DNA of 63,998 bases, counting the filler, from Dicyema japonicum (lineage: Eukaryota; Animalia; Dicyemida), in NCBI GenBank assembly GCA_011109175.1. It is 10 parts of 10 records of this genome, joined end to end, with 100 filler letters (N's around TTAATTAATTAA, not from the genome) between each part and the next. Parts side by side here need not be neighbours in the genome. Positions count along the whole stretch, not along the records: positions 11,248 to 22,057 come from RDEW01000145.1; positions 22,158 to 29,264 come from RDEW01000267.1; 8 more parts are not named here. One strand, written 5' to 3'. The notes under the pieces are model-generated. The model was not told where the DNA came from and made no database searches. It saw only the letters and a program-made list of their open reading frames with translations. The position numbers and the translations under genes were made by a program. Shown one piece after another: positions 12,613 to 24,540 of this stretch (position 1 is its first letter; the number at the start of each line of letters is the position of its first letter).

Positions 12613-13436
12613 AACGTGGAAAATAATTATTATACTAATAAAATAAACATTAGATTGTGGGTATTTTTTAGCTGGAAAACCAAATGTTGATTTAATAAAC
12701 ACGCTGAATGTTAGTTATTCTTGTAGCGATATTGATATTTTTACTTAACTAAATTTTTTTCACTCACTGTTAAAATTTGGATTAATATTGATCAAATATA
12801 TTTTCGATTTCAGAATTTATTATCATATTCGATATTCTGGAATATAATTGGTCTCAGTAAAAAGATTTAATCTTTTTTAATTCAAGTAATTTTTTGATCA
12901 ATTACATTTTGTGTATTATCTCATTTTTTCACACAATGCATTTGAATTTAATCCGAATTTTTCATATCTAAATTTTTCATATTAAAAATTTTCACATTTC
13001 ATACTTGAACTCTGTATTATTGTCTGATTGTAAATATTTGCATGGACCGTAATCCCAAAAAATTCTTCTAGTTTTTGGGCCACTCCTTTTCCACTTTTAT
13101 TCCTAAGATTTTTTCTAACAACATATTTGGAATAAACATCAACAACAGAAAAAAAACTTTCGCTGAGTCGTTCAAATCTTTAAAAAATGTATTTTTTTCG
13201 TGATTGATTTTCCTTTAAGCATTGAAGTTTTATAAGCAAGCATCAACGTCTTTTCGGAAATCCATACAACATTTTTAAAGAATCAAAGTAGACATTTATT
13301 GATTTTTATTTTCTGCCGGCAAGGGAAATATATTTATGCATTTTGCGATAAAAAGATGAATAGTTATTTCATTCATTTATTCTGTCACGAGCCGAGGGTG
13401 AAACCATGATTGCTGAAATCAATGTCAATCATTGTC

Positions 13437-14255
13437 AGGGAAGAAAAGCAATCTAGCATGCTCAGATATATCCCCGCGGGAAAATAAGTTACATAGCTTG
13501 GTGATAGATTGTGAAAGACGGTTTCCAGCCTCGGCAGTATCGGAAATGAGGTCGATTAAGTGAATGGGACGGAGACCATCAACACCACTACTACTATTGA
13601 CTCTGAACGATTTCAGAGCAAACAGAAGTTGTTGGACAGACGAAGAAGCAATCGTGACCCCCTCAGGAGTTTGGGCACAAAAGTTAGGCACATTCCCAGT
13701 CGGGTGCTTAGAGCTGAGAATTTTGACTACATCCGGAGTAATGGTGCGGACGGAATCGGAAGATGAAAGAATACGGACCCCAGAACCGACGTCTTGCGCC
13801 ATTAAGCAGGAGTTGATGCGTTTGCGTAACCGAATGGAGTTGTCTTTAGGAATGGTTGGAGTTGATTTTTTTGACTTGCCCATAAGAGGAGGCAGAATGA
13901 AGGATTCCTTCATGAACTTATTTATCTTTCCTTTGATGGAAGAGGAAAGGGATTTGTTCCAGCACGAAACCTGAACTGGGGAGGCGAGGGCAAATATTGC
14001 AAAGCAGAACAATCGGTTCCAATTCGGAATGGTTTGGTCACAAATGACCGACTCTATTAAAGCCTTCGCCGCAGAAAAACGGGCAGATCTGGGAATTCTG
14101 ATGGGAATTCGATAGGAAGCTCGATAATTGCGAACGAAAAAGACGGCGGCATTAGGCCTATTTCCGTCGGGAACGTTTTCCGTCGTTTGTTTGCAAAAGT
14201 CGGGTACAAGCTGGTAATTCCATCTATTAGTAACGAAATCCATCCCATTCAGTTG
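13437..14255. mobile_element. CRE-clade retrotransposon with inverted 5' segment
   Basis: Minus 14120->13437 encodes 'IPIRIPRSARF...SSGVDGLRPIHL...HARLLFF'; plus 14121-14255 continues with 'IIANEKDGGIRPISVGNVFRRLFAK...PIQL'. Confidence 0.85.
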
Positions 14256-15120
14256 GNNNNNNNNNNNNNNNNNNNNNNNNNNNNNNNNNNNNNNNNNNNN
14301 NNNNNNNNNNNNNNNNNNNNNNNNNNNNNNNNNNNNNNNNNNNNNNNNNNNNNNNNNNNNNNNNNNNNNNNNNNNNNNNNNNNNNNNNNNNNNNNNNNNN
14401 NNNNNNNNNNNNNNNNNNNNNNNNNNNNNNNNNNNNNNNNNNNNNNNNNNNNNNNNNNNNNNNNNNNNNNNNNNNNNNNNNNNNNNNNNNNNNNNNNNNN
14501 NNNNNNNNNNNNNNNNNNNNNNNNNNNNNNNNNNNNNNNNNNNNNNNNNNNNNNNNNNNNNNNNNNNNNNNNNNNNNNNNNNNNNNNNNNNNNNNNNNNN
14601 NNNNNNNNNNNNNNNNNNNNNNNNNNNNNNNNNNNNNNNNNNNNNNNNNNNNNNNNNNNNNNNNNNNNNNNNNNNNNNNNNNNNNNNNNNNNNNNNNNNN
14701 NNNNNNNNNNNNNNNNNNNNNNNNNNNNNNNNNNNNNNNNNNNNNNNNNNNNNNNNNNNNNNNNNNNNNNNNNNNNNNNNNNNNNNNNNNNNNNNNNNNN
14801 NNNNNNNNNNNNNNNNNNNNNNNNNNNNNNNNNNNNNNNNNNNNNNNNNNNNNNNNNNNNNNNNNNNNNNNNNNNNNNNNNNNNNNNNNNNNNNNNNNNN
14901 NNNNNNNNNNNNNNNNNNNNNNNNNNNNNNNNNNNNNNNNNNNNNNNNNNNNNNNNNNNNNNNNNNNNNNNNNNNNNNNNNNNNNNNNNNNNNNNNNNNN
15001 NNNNNNNNNNNNNNNNNNNNNNNNNNNNNNNNNNNNNNNNNNNNNNNNNNNNNNNNNNNNNNNNNNNNNNNNNNNNNNNNNNNNNNNNNNNNNNNNNNNN
15101 NNNNNNNNNNNNNNNNNNNN

Positions 15121-15430
15121 CTGTCTTCCCCATTCTAATGATAAGAGGAGCTCTTTTTGATCGAATCATTATGTTGCGGAATGTAAAAATTCTGACCTCC
15201 CAATTCCAAAAATACTATAGGGGATAACAAGTATCCATTTCCAATGGTGATTATAATTTCCCAGGATTTGGTATTGCTAATACGCACTCTCATTTTCGTT
15301 CTGTATAAAAGAGTTTAATCGACTCTTCATCTACGCTGATGATATCTTAATAGTGGATAGATCATCGAACTTTAGCGACATACAGAGCAGATTGATCAAA
15401 CTGGTCGATAAAATAAAATGCTAATGCTTA
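15121..15430 (+). mobile_element. Non-LTR RT remnant
   Basis: 'LFIYADDILIVD' catalytic motif in a broken frame. Confidence 0.55.
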
Positions 15431-15628
15431 GCGAAAGAAAATTGCGAAGAAAAGAACAAGTGTCTGAAAAAAACACCAGTAACTGATCGCCTAGTTAATC
15501 TTTATTTTTTTGTTTGTTTTAAATAATAATATCCAGGATACATTTGAGTACTTCAATCTGAAGTTGATCTAGTCTGAAAGCCGCTTAAACTACGCTTTTT
15601 TATTTTTAATTTGTAATATAGCCTGATA

Positions 15629-15987
15629 CAGTAAATTCTCTCATATCCGCCAACTCTCATATTCGCCACCCTCTGATAACCGCCACAAAAATATATTTTA
15701 AATGGAAAAATTCTGATATCCGCCAAAAGATAAACATGTTTTTGAGCTAAAAATTGTTACTAAAAAGAATGCTATCAATCTTTACAAATAATCAAAGATT
15801 TTTTTAATCAATCCGGAAATTTTGACGTTAATGGGGCTATTGGCTTAAATGAAATAAGTAAGGCCTTCAAGAAAGACGAACAACTACCTAATTTAAATAA
15901 TTTTTATGGATTCTGTTATCCGCCATTTTCTAATAACCGCCACATTTTTAGAAGTCCCATTTTTGGCGGATATGAGAGACTTTACTG
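15629..15987. mobile_element. pogo/Tigger-like MITE (359 bp)
   Basis: 24-bp TIR cagtaaa(t/g)tctctcatatccgcca with one mismatch; TA at left flank; multiple internal ccgcca motifs. Confidence 0.85.
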
Positions 15988-16102
15988 TTATATCAAAATT
16001 AACGTTCTGTTATTTTCTCAGATTTTTAGTTTGAAATATAATTTTATTTATCAGCTTTATTAGGCTAATAAAAGCATATTAATAAATAATTAATAGTAAA
16101 AT

Positions 16103-19100
16103 TCAATTTCTACGCGGACGACTAAAAACTAAGTTAAAATAAACTAACGCAGGCAGTGCCGGTGGAATTCTATAATTTATTTAAATATACAAAAAAACCC
16201 AATGATGTCTTCAGAAGTGTTTGAAATTAATAGAGTATCGTCGTAATATTGATTAGAAATTTGACCTTTTGATTTTCCAATTGAAGACACAGGCACTGTT
16301 GAATATCTATTAATATAAAAACAGTTTTTCACTTTGATAGAGTAGAAGATTTTTTTATTTGAATACTTTTAGGATTATTGCTGATACTTTTTATATATTC
16401 ATTGGCATCCTTTGTTGCCCGATAGAGATTAATAATTTCTTGATTGCGTGCAAGTTCTTCTGGAGATATTTTTAAAAGTTCATCCTATTAATTAGTAATT
16501 TGGAAAGTAATGGGTACTATCGATTCTTGGGAATATAATTCGGCAATTAAATCGTTTTTTGAATAGTTGACAATCTAAAAATCACATGATTTAAACTCAA
16601 CATTGTTGAGAAAACAATAATAAATTATTTTTGGAGTTATATCAAGAATGACTTTCTCATATACTCTGTTATATGACTCAACACATTCCTTAATGTCGTT
16701 AACCCCCTTTTCTAGATCGTATGAATTCTAAAAGTATTAAAAACGATACAACTTGGTTTGCAGGATCGAGAGGTTTGACTCCAATTTCAATAAGACCAAC
16801 CAGCCAATCATTGCAGTCATTAAAAGATGATAACTGAAAATCAAGCGATTTCAAATCTTTGTATAAATTTCCTCTAACAATAAAACTTATGAATTCAGTT
16901 AAAATAACTTTGCATCATTTCCAACAAGACTAATAGTGAAGCTAGTACTAAAATTTTCGGGTATTTTATAACGAATCTTGTTAGCTGAGATGGTGAATTT
17001 CTTATCTTTTTCCTAATAAAAATAAATAAAATAGAAACATCCTCATCCTTGTATAAAACGATGTTGTCATTAATCAAAGTTGCATAAAATACATTCCCCT
17101 TATTTTTCGATGTCAATAAATTGCTCAAAGTAATATAAAATAGAAACATCCTCATCCTTGTATAAAACGATGTTGTCATTAATCAAAGTTGCATAAAATA
17201 CATTCCCTTTATTTTTCGATGTCAATAAATTGCTCAAAGTAATATATCCCTTTTTGGCAGATAGCTAGTTGCAATTAATAGCAATAAATTTATCAAACCG
17301 TCACTGAATGTTCTTCTTTTTTATTTTTTTGACTGGAATATCATACAGAATAATTAAAATACTTTGGAGTCCCAATAAAATCAGGATGGTTGGTGTTTAT
17401 GTAATTTAAGTGAAAGGATACTGTTAACTCCAATTGCTTGTAAGTTTCTTGGTAGTAGTGTCGAAGAGCATTTATAACTAATCCGTGAACTGCTTTCTGT
17501 AAATTTGGATAGTCTTTCAGCTAAAGGATGTTTAGAGATACAAAAATAAACCCGAGCAAGAGCTTCATTAAATGCGAGACTAGTAAAGTTGTATACTTCA
17601 TCTAGACACAATTTGATAGGAGTGATGCTTTTTTCTATATCCATTCGAACAATCATTTCAAATGCTAAATCGGGAGTATGAAGTCCGGTTCTAATAAGAT
17701 ATCACTAAATAAATTAATCACTTGACTCCATGAACGTTCTGATTAGCCACGCGTATATTTTGACGAAGCTGATTATTACTTTCCTCAATCTTCTAAAAAT
17801 AATCTTAATCATTTAACTTTTCTATAATTCGTTGGAAAAGTTTTAAAAAAACAGCGATTTATTGTAGCTCCAGTTGATAACCTTTGAGCATTCACTAAAG
17901 AAGTCATATTTGTGGACATAAAATTGTCATACAAAAGATTGGAAAAATCTCCAACAGAGCTAATATACATCATTCAAAATAAAATCAACCTCATCATTGA
18001 CTTATGGGATAAAGCTCCTTCTCTGGCTTCAATTTCTTTAACTTGCGATTCTAAAATGATCATTTGTTCAGATATTTTTAGTTTGAGAGAAGGCAGAACA
18101 CTTAGAATATGTTCCATAAGCTGATAATTTAACGTGTTTTGTAAATATTTTGTTCCCATTCGATCGACCATGTGTCTAATATTATTCAATTGTTATACTT
18201 GTAAGCAGGATGATTGGCAAAAAAAAGCCGTTCTTTTTCGAGAGCATTTTCAACTGGAGTATTTTGTTCGATATCTTTCTGACTGCGATTAACAACGCCG
18301 ACGTAGCCTAAATGGCATTATTTTAGCAAAATCAACCTCTTTGAAGAGGGGAGAGTCTATTTTCCAAGATAACACGTGCATCGGTTTCCAAATCCATAAT
18401 ATCAAGTTTAGTGATTACTCCTATAGTACGACTTCCCAGTGGATCGACTTCTTTTGCAATTTGTAAAGCGTCAGAATTTGCCAAATCAGTAGTGGCTGGA
18501 CTGACAGCTAGGATAAGGCTATTTGGTTTTTCGATGAACTTCATGACCATATTCCTTATTAGCCCAACAATATCTTGAGTTTGCCCTCCGACAGGAACTT
18601 TGATGAGTCCTGGGAGATCAACCAAAGTCAAATCAATCACTATTCAATATAACTTGATAATTAATTAACCATGAGGAGAATATATTTTTAGATTAATACT
18701 GACATCAGATACAGTTTTATTAGCTCCGCAGGTCCTTGTGGTTTCTGCCTCTATTTCATTTCGAATATCATAAAAATTGAAATATTTTTTCGAAGTGTGC
18801 AAAAATTCTCCATATTCTTATATAAAATTAAGAGTATTAAAGTGATTACCTTCTTTAGAACTATGTAATTGAAGAACTAAGGGTCTCCTAGTTACAATTC
18901 CACTCCCTCGAGGTAAAAAATCTCTGTCAAAATAAAATGAATGTAAGATACTTTCCGACAAAATTTTCCAATACACTGCTCTTACCAGCACTTTGACAAC
19001 CAACAACGACGATTTGAGGTAAATCTATGCTACATGCCATCGATGAAGAAGAAAAGGCATCTTGTACTTTATTGATGACTGATATTAAGTTTTCCATTCC

Positions 19101-19115
19101 ATCATTATGAGACAT
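16103..19115 (-). CDS. DNM: Classical dynamin (GTPase, middle, PH, GED, short proline-rich tail), roughly 780 aa, ~19 micro-introns
   Basis: G-motifs '[34 protein letters not shown]', 'DLPG', 'TKLD'; middle '[11 protein letters not shown]'; PH '[15 protein letters not shown]'; GED '[14 protein letters not shown]'. Introns include 18924-18951, 18817-18849, 18640-18669, 18308-18336, 18176-18198. The last exons ('IPPALPARPRRN*') are less certain. Confidence 0.93.
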
Positions 19116-19774
19116 CGTTTTTGTAATGAATTAATAACTTAAACCACACAATGTTAGAGAAAAAAATAATGTAATTAAATATCGGTTATTCAATAATGGG
19201 ATAAGAAGAAGTATTAAAATTTAAAAATAATAAAAATCTAAATACAAATTTAAAAAAACGATTAATAAAATATTCATTAAGAAAATAAAAATATGCTATA
19301 ATTAGAAATACATTTAGATCGCAGGAATCTTTTTAAAAAGACAGATTTATAGACATCACAAAATTTCTTATAACATTAAAAAATAATTAATATGAAAACA
19401 ATAACTTGAGTGGACTATAATTTATTACGTCAATCGACTTATCTTAAATGAATCTATTAATTAAATATTTTAACTGTATTTAAAGTAAATATGATTTCCC
19501 TCTTGTCAAGACAGATTTATAGACATCACAAAATTTCTTATAACATTAAAAAATAATTAATATGAAAACAATAACTTGAGTGGACTATAATTTATTACGT
19601 CAATCGACTTATCTTAAATGAATCTATTAATTAAATATTTTAACTGTATTTAAAGTAAATATGATTTCCCTCTTGTCTGGGAACCTTCGGAACTGGTTTT
19701 CGACAAGGTCGCCAATCATTGGAAATGTTTCGTGCCCACTCGNGTTGTCTATCCTGCTCTAGGTATATTATTAC

Positions 19775-20780
19775 TAGGGCAACATAAGTCAATTTCAATT
19801 CAGAGTTAGACTTTAGTCTAAAAATAATGATTAACTAAAAAAATATCAAAAAAAGGTTTCTATAAAAAGTTTGTTAGGTCAATTTTTGGATTTTTTAGGT
19901 CAATTTTTAAAAACATTTCTGTCTTATTGTAACAAATCTTCAACTAAATTATAGACTACATATGCCTAAAAATAAGCCTTCCGATTTTAAAAAAGCTAAA
20001 AATATTTGTGAAAAATATCCCAAAGAATTTTCAATTACACCGAATGGAATGCTTTTTTGTAAATTATGTGAGTTACCCGTAACTTGCAAAAAACAATTTT
20101 TTGTGAACAAACACAGGGAAACACAGAAGCACTCTTCACGAACAATTATATCCACAAATACAAGACAATTGAATATTGTTCCTCAAAATTATTGTTTCAA
20201 AAATTTTGCGACAGACGGAAGCATTTGTATCCGCAAACATTCCACTCTATAAATTGAGGAATGGAGCAATTATCAACTTATTCGAAAGTATTGTGCATCC
20301 ATTTCCTTCAGAGTTTACTTGCCGCAATATAGTAGACATTTTAGCTCAACAAAAGATATCGAAAATTATTAATTTAATTTCAAATAAGAAAGTCAGTTTT
20401 AATAATTCAATTGAATTCTAAATGATATCACAAAGAGAATGAATTTCTCATTTCATTTCACCTTCGGATTATTCTTTATTGATTGAATGTCAGGCTACAT
20501 CGTGCGCAGTGGAACGATCATTTTCGATTCTAAACAAAATCTTAACAAAGGATAGGAATTTTAAATTGGAAAATTTAAAATATTAGTTGATTGTTAATAA
20601 CTCGAAAAACGATGTATAAATTACTTTTAATTTTCATAAGAGTAGTTTATATATGAAAATAAAGTTGTAAATAATATTTTTAGGTCAATTTTTCAGTCAA
20701 TTTTTAAAATTTTACAGTCAATTAAATTGACTTTTTAAGGGCAATTTTTATTTTTTTAAGTCAATAAAAATGTTGCCCTA
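19775..20780 (+). mobile_element. Internally deleted hAT transposon (CGGBP/BED-like N-terminus plus dimerisation C-terminus)
   Basis: TIR tagggcaacat at both ends; subterminal aggtcaattt repeats; 'LFCKLCELPVTCKKQFFVNKHRETQKH', 'AFVSANIPLYKL', 'ATSCAVERSFSILNKIL'; TSD degenerate. Confidence 0.8.
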
Positions 20781-21623
20781 GTTATAATTCATAAATTCGA
20801 TTGATTTTTATTACTTGTAAACTAAAAATTTTATTCTTAGACATAAACTTTAGTTATTGCCTTGTAATTTTACCTAATCAATCAGTTTGTTGATATTCAA
20901 ATTTGAATAAATAAGAGTACATGTTAATGCGATTAATTGTGTTATTGATTATAATCGGTTAACGATAAGCTTAACAAATCAAAATTATTACAATTTTATT
21001 GGTTAAGCTGGTGATTGATAAACGTGTGAATAAATCTTGGCAGGCTAATTATAGTATTATAGTGAAATTGATAAATAATGATAATCATTTTTAAATATAA
21101 AATTGAAAAAGTGACATTCTGGATTACTTTGATATTCAATTGTTTTAATATTTTTCCGTTGTAAATATCTAAAAATGAAATTCCAAGATTGATTAATTTT
21201 AATCTGAAAACCTCTCATAATTATTGACAAATTAATTGTTTTAAAAAACATTGATTATTCAGGATAAATAAACGGGAGAAATCAATTTGACGAAATCAGC
21301 TAACAGCCGTTTATTAGTTAACCTGACACTTTCTTCAAAAAATGGAATAAAAGGATTTAATAGCAAAAAACTTTTTTTATCTTAAAAAATAAAATTGATA
21401 AAAATCCTCATATTTTTAACCTTGTTTGAAATACATTTTGTTTTAAATTTAATACAGATTTGTAATCATTTTAATTTATTAATTTTTATTTTATACTGTT
21501 ATTTTATTTAAAATTTGTATTCAATTTTCGTTTATGTTCGTTCGTTGCCAACTTGTACCTTGTATATTATTTATTGAATTCAAAAATACAACATAAAATT
21601 CTAAAATTAAATTTCTTAGGTGA

Positions 21624-22057
21624 ATGAATTCACAATCTAATTGGAAGGAACGTCAGCACTTAATCATCACTGAACTTATGGCGAAGATTCCTTCCAATCA
21701 TGATTTGGATCATGCTAGAAGATCCTTGGAGAGTCTTTTGAAAAAGCTGAAAGATGATGAAGATATTTTGAATAATTTCTGCAACGCCATCATCAGTAAT
21801 GGGATAAAATCCAATGGTTGTGTCCCCATTCCACGAACACTCGACGGAAGACTTCAAGTTTATTATTTTGTAGACTCATTTCAGGTTAATGGAAAGAAAG
21901 GCTTTCCCCATATAATGTTCGCAAAGATATTCCGCTGGCCTGATCTACAAAGAGGTGAACTCAGACACAAACTTCACTGCAATTACCCTTTTGACCTCAA
22001 ACTCGAAAACATATGCGTGAATCCCTATCATTATGATCGTATTACCTCTATCTATGG
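21624..22057 (+). CDS. SMAD4: SMAD4/Medea (Co-SMAD) MH1 domain; remainder lost in gap
   Basis: 'CVPIPRTLDGRLQ|VNGKKGFPHIMFAKIFRWPDL..ELRH..CNYPFDLKLENICVNPYHY'. GFPH and FDLK are Co-SMAD-like. In-frame 27-nt intron 21858-21884. Confidence 0.88.
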
Positions 22058-22889
22058 NNNNNNNNNNNNNNNNNNNNNNNNNNNNNNNNNNNNNNNNNNN
22101 NTTAATTAATTAANNNNNNNNNNNNNNNNNNNNNNNNNNNNNNNNNNNNNNNNNNNNATTGCCACAATTTGACACCTCCAGATCATCGTGGCACAATATT
22201 AACTGCAGAATGTCTTAATTTTGAAGTATTAGCACAAACTGAAAAGTTTTTTGTCAATCTGGCTAATTCTAGATTTTACTAATAATTGGAATACCAATTT
22301 TCTGTCACTTCAAATCTCATTAGATCAGAGTACACTTTGACTTTTCTACCTTACAATATGACATAATCAAAAGAAACATAAGCGAGAAAATATATTTAGT
22401 CACATTTTTTCCATTTCTAATTGCATTTATGTTTATTTGTCTCTGAATAAAAATTATATAAAAGCGAATATTTTGGGTTGTTATATTCAGAGCCTACTGA
22501 GTTTCTAATCTTTTAATCAGCAACGAGTTGGGTTTCAATTTTCTTAAGGATTTTTGGGTTGTTGTAGTACAGTCCTAAGACATAACTGAACTTATCTTAG
22601 GACGCAAAATTCATATTTGGGGGGCTAAATCACGGCAATTTTCTCCAAAAACCTTTGACTGGTTCGTTCCAAGTGTTAATTTTTTTCTTAATTATTTAAT
22701 TTATATGAATTGACACTTTACTTAATCCTTAATTAACATAGAACTTCTTGTTTCAATTTTAACAAAGATTCATGATTGCTAACAGAAATTTTAAATTGAA
22801 CAAAATATCGATGTTGACAGAGATAACAGAGAAACTAAATTACCAACAATTAATAAATGCATGAAAAGTTAGTTTAATAAAAATATTTA

Positions 22890-23250
22890 GATTAAATTAA
22901 AATGATTAATCAAGGAATTAGGATTCCCCAATGGCTGCACGCGGATAACAAACGAGTTACCTCGCAAGATTGCTATCGATACTCTCTGGTATAGCCAGCT
23001 GGTTTCCCTGTGGGCCATTAACCGGCAGGAATGAGGGTGGAGACAATCCGAGTCTATCAACTGCCCGCACTTGCATGGCTGGGGTTGGTAAAGAGGGATT
23101 CCGAGTCGTAGACAGGTACCGAGTCGAACTGATTCATCATCCAAGAGTAAGCCGGCTTGAGGGTACTGGGACGGATTCAACCAGTCCAAATTGATTATTT
23201 GAACACGCGTGACTGTCTCATGTAAAGGGAAGCAAGAACCTAGCATATTA
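22890..23250 (-). mobile_element. CRE-clade 3' fragment with internal deletion of the RLE core
   Basis: 'LLLDDESVRLGTCLRLGIPLYQPQPCKCGQLIDSDCLHPHSC' joined directly to 'RETSWLYQRVSIAILRGN'. Confidence 0.75.
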
Positions 23251-23747
23251 ATTTACAGATTAATTTTTCTTTTATAAAATTTACGAATTGCTACTGCATA
23301 TGAAGAAAAATGTACCCACATAAAAAAATTATTGGGATATATTCTATGGACTCGTAGAACACCAAATAAAATTTGATGTGGTTAACATCCAAATTATTGA
23401 GATATATTCTCGAGATTATTGCGAAGCTCGAGCAATAATGTATGGAATTGTGAGACCAGAACTATAAAAAGAAACTGGGGTTAGATTCCAACTAACAAGA
23501 AAAACACGTTGTATAAATATTTTATTATAGTTAAATCATTTGAAAACTTATACATTGATTATAATAAAACAATATTTTTTTATTTTTTGAAAAATTACGA
23601 TTCACTTGAATGGAATCTCGATTTTCAGTGTTAAATATAAGTATTTTATGTCTTGTGATATTTTGGATTACTTATGGGTCTCTACTCTCTTCTGTGGGAT
23701 TAGGTCATGATCGAGTTTAGAAACTTATACAAATATTATCTAATTTG

Positions 23748-24540
23748 TTGTTGTTGCACAACCCCGGTATCGTATTTAAGGTATGAGACCAGCGGCTAGC
23801 AAAAACAACAGCGCCTTCCTCGGGTTGCTCCCAAAGGATCTTGGGGAGTGAACAGCAAGTTTTCTGCGGATAGGGAGGAGACAGGGCAGTCGTTTATTGA
23901 ATGAGCGTAGAAGTTTAGTGAGAAATGATGACCCGGGCGGGAAACGAGCAAGGTTGATCTGAGCGGAAGGCTCCATAGACATTTCGTACGGGTGAACTTC
24001 AGGTGGAAGCTTGTTGAGGACGGAGTTAGGCGTCAGCTTTAGAATAGACGACGTTGAAATGAAATCGTGGATTTTTTTTTCATTGGGTGTAAAAAGTGGT
24101 TCGGTCCATTGATTTTAGCAATAATCTGGGACTATTGTTTTGCAGGCGTATTCTTCAGTTAACGGCCGTTGTGACTTAGCACGTTTAGGGTAGTGCAAGG
24201 GTGGTAGGATTTACGCAAAGCGAAGATGAATTGTTGCTCTCGTCATATTCAAGTGTTCTTCTACCGGGAGAAGATTATTTTCACAGTGCAGATGGTCGAT
24301 GGGCGTTGATTTCAGACACCCGAAAATAATACGCATAGCTTTGTTTTGTACTGATTGGAGTGCCAACAGTAGAGATTGTAGATAGACAGGGAGCCCAGCT
24401 CAGACTCGCGTAGCTTAGAACAGGGCGGATGTATTGTTTGTAGACTCGTTTGAGAAATGGTTTCTTGTCACCAGTGATGCGACCACTTATTGTTTTTAGA
24501 ATGTTTGCCAGGAGAATAGCCTTTTCCTGTGAAACATGGC
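23748..24540 (-). mobile_element. I/Jockey-group LINE 3' portion with (CAA)n tail
   Basis: 'RVYKQYIRPVLSYASLSWAP', 'QINLARF..'; 3' end ggtctcata...ccggggttgtg(caa)n. Confidence 0.7.

Noticed and set aside
14187-15227. Long ORFs of 346 and 306 aa in the track
   Set aside because: They consist almost entirely of X read through the N gap.
22158-22440. Continuation of SMAD4 (MH2) or another exon after the gap
   Set aside because: No MH2 motif on either strand; candidate splicings ('LILCHDDL' on minus, 'LTPPDHRG' on plus) gave no consistent frame.
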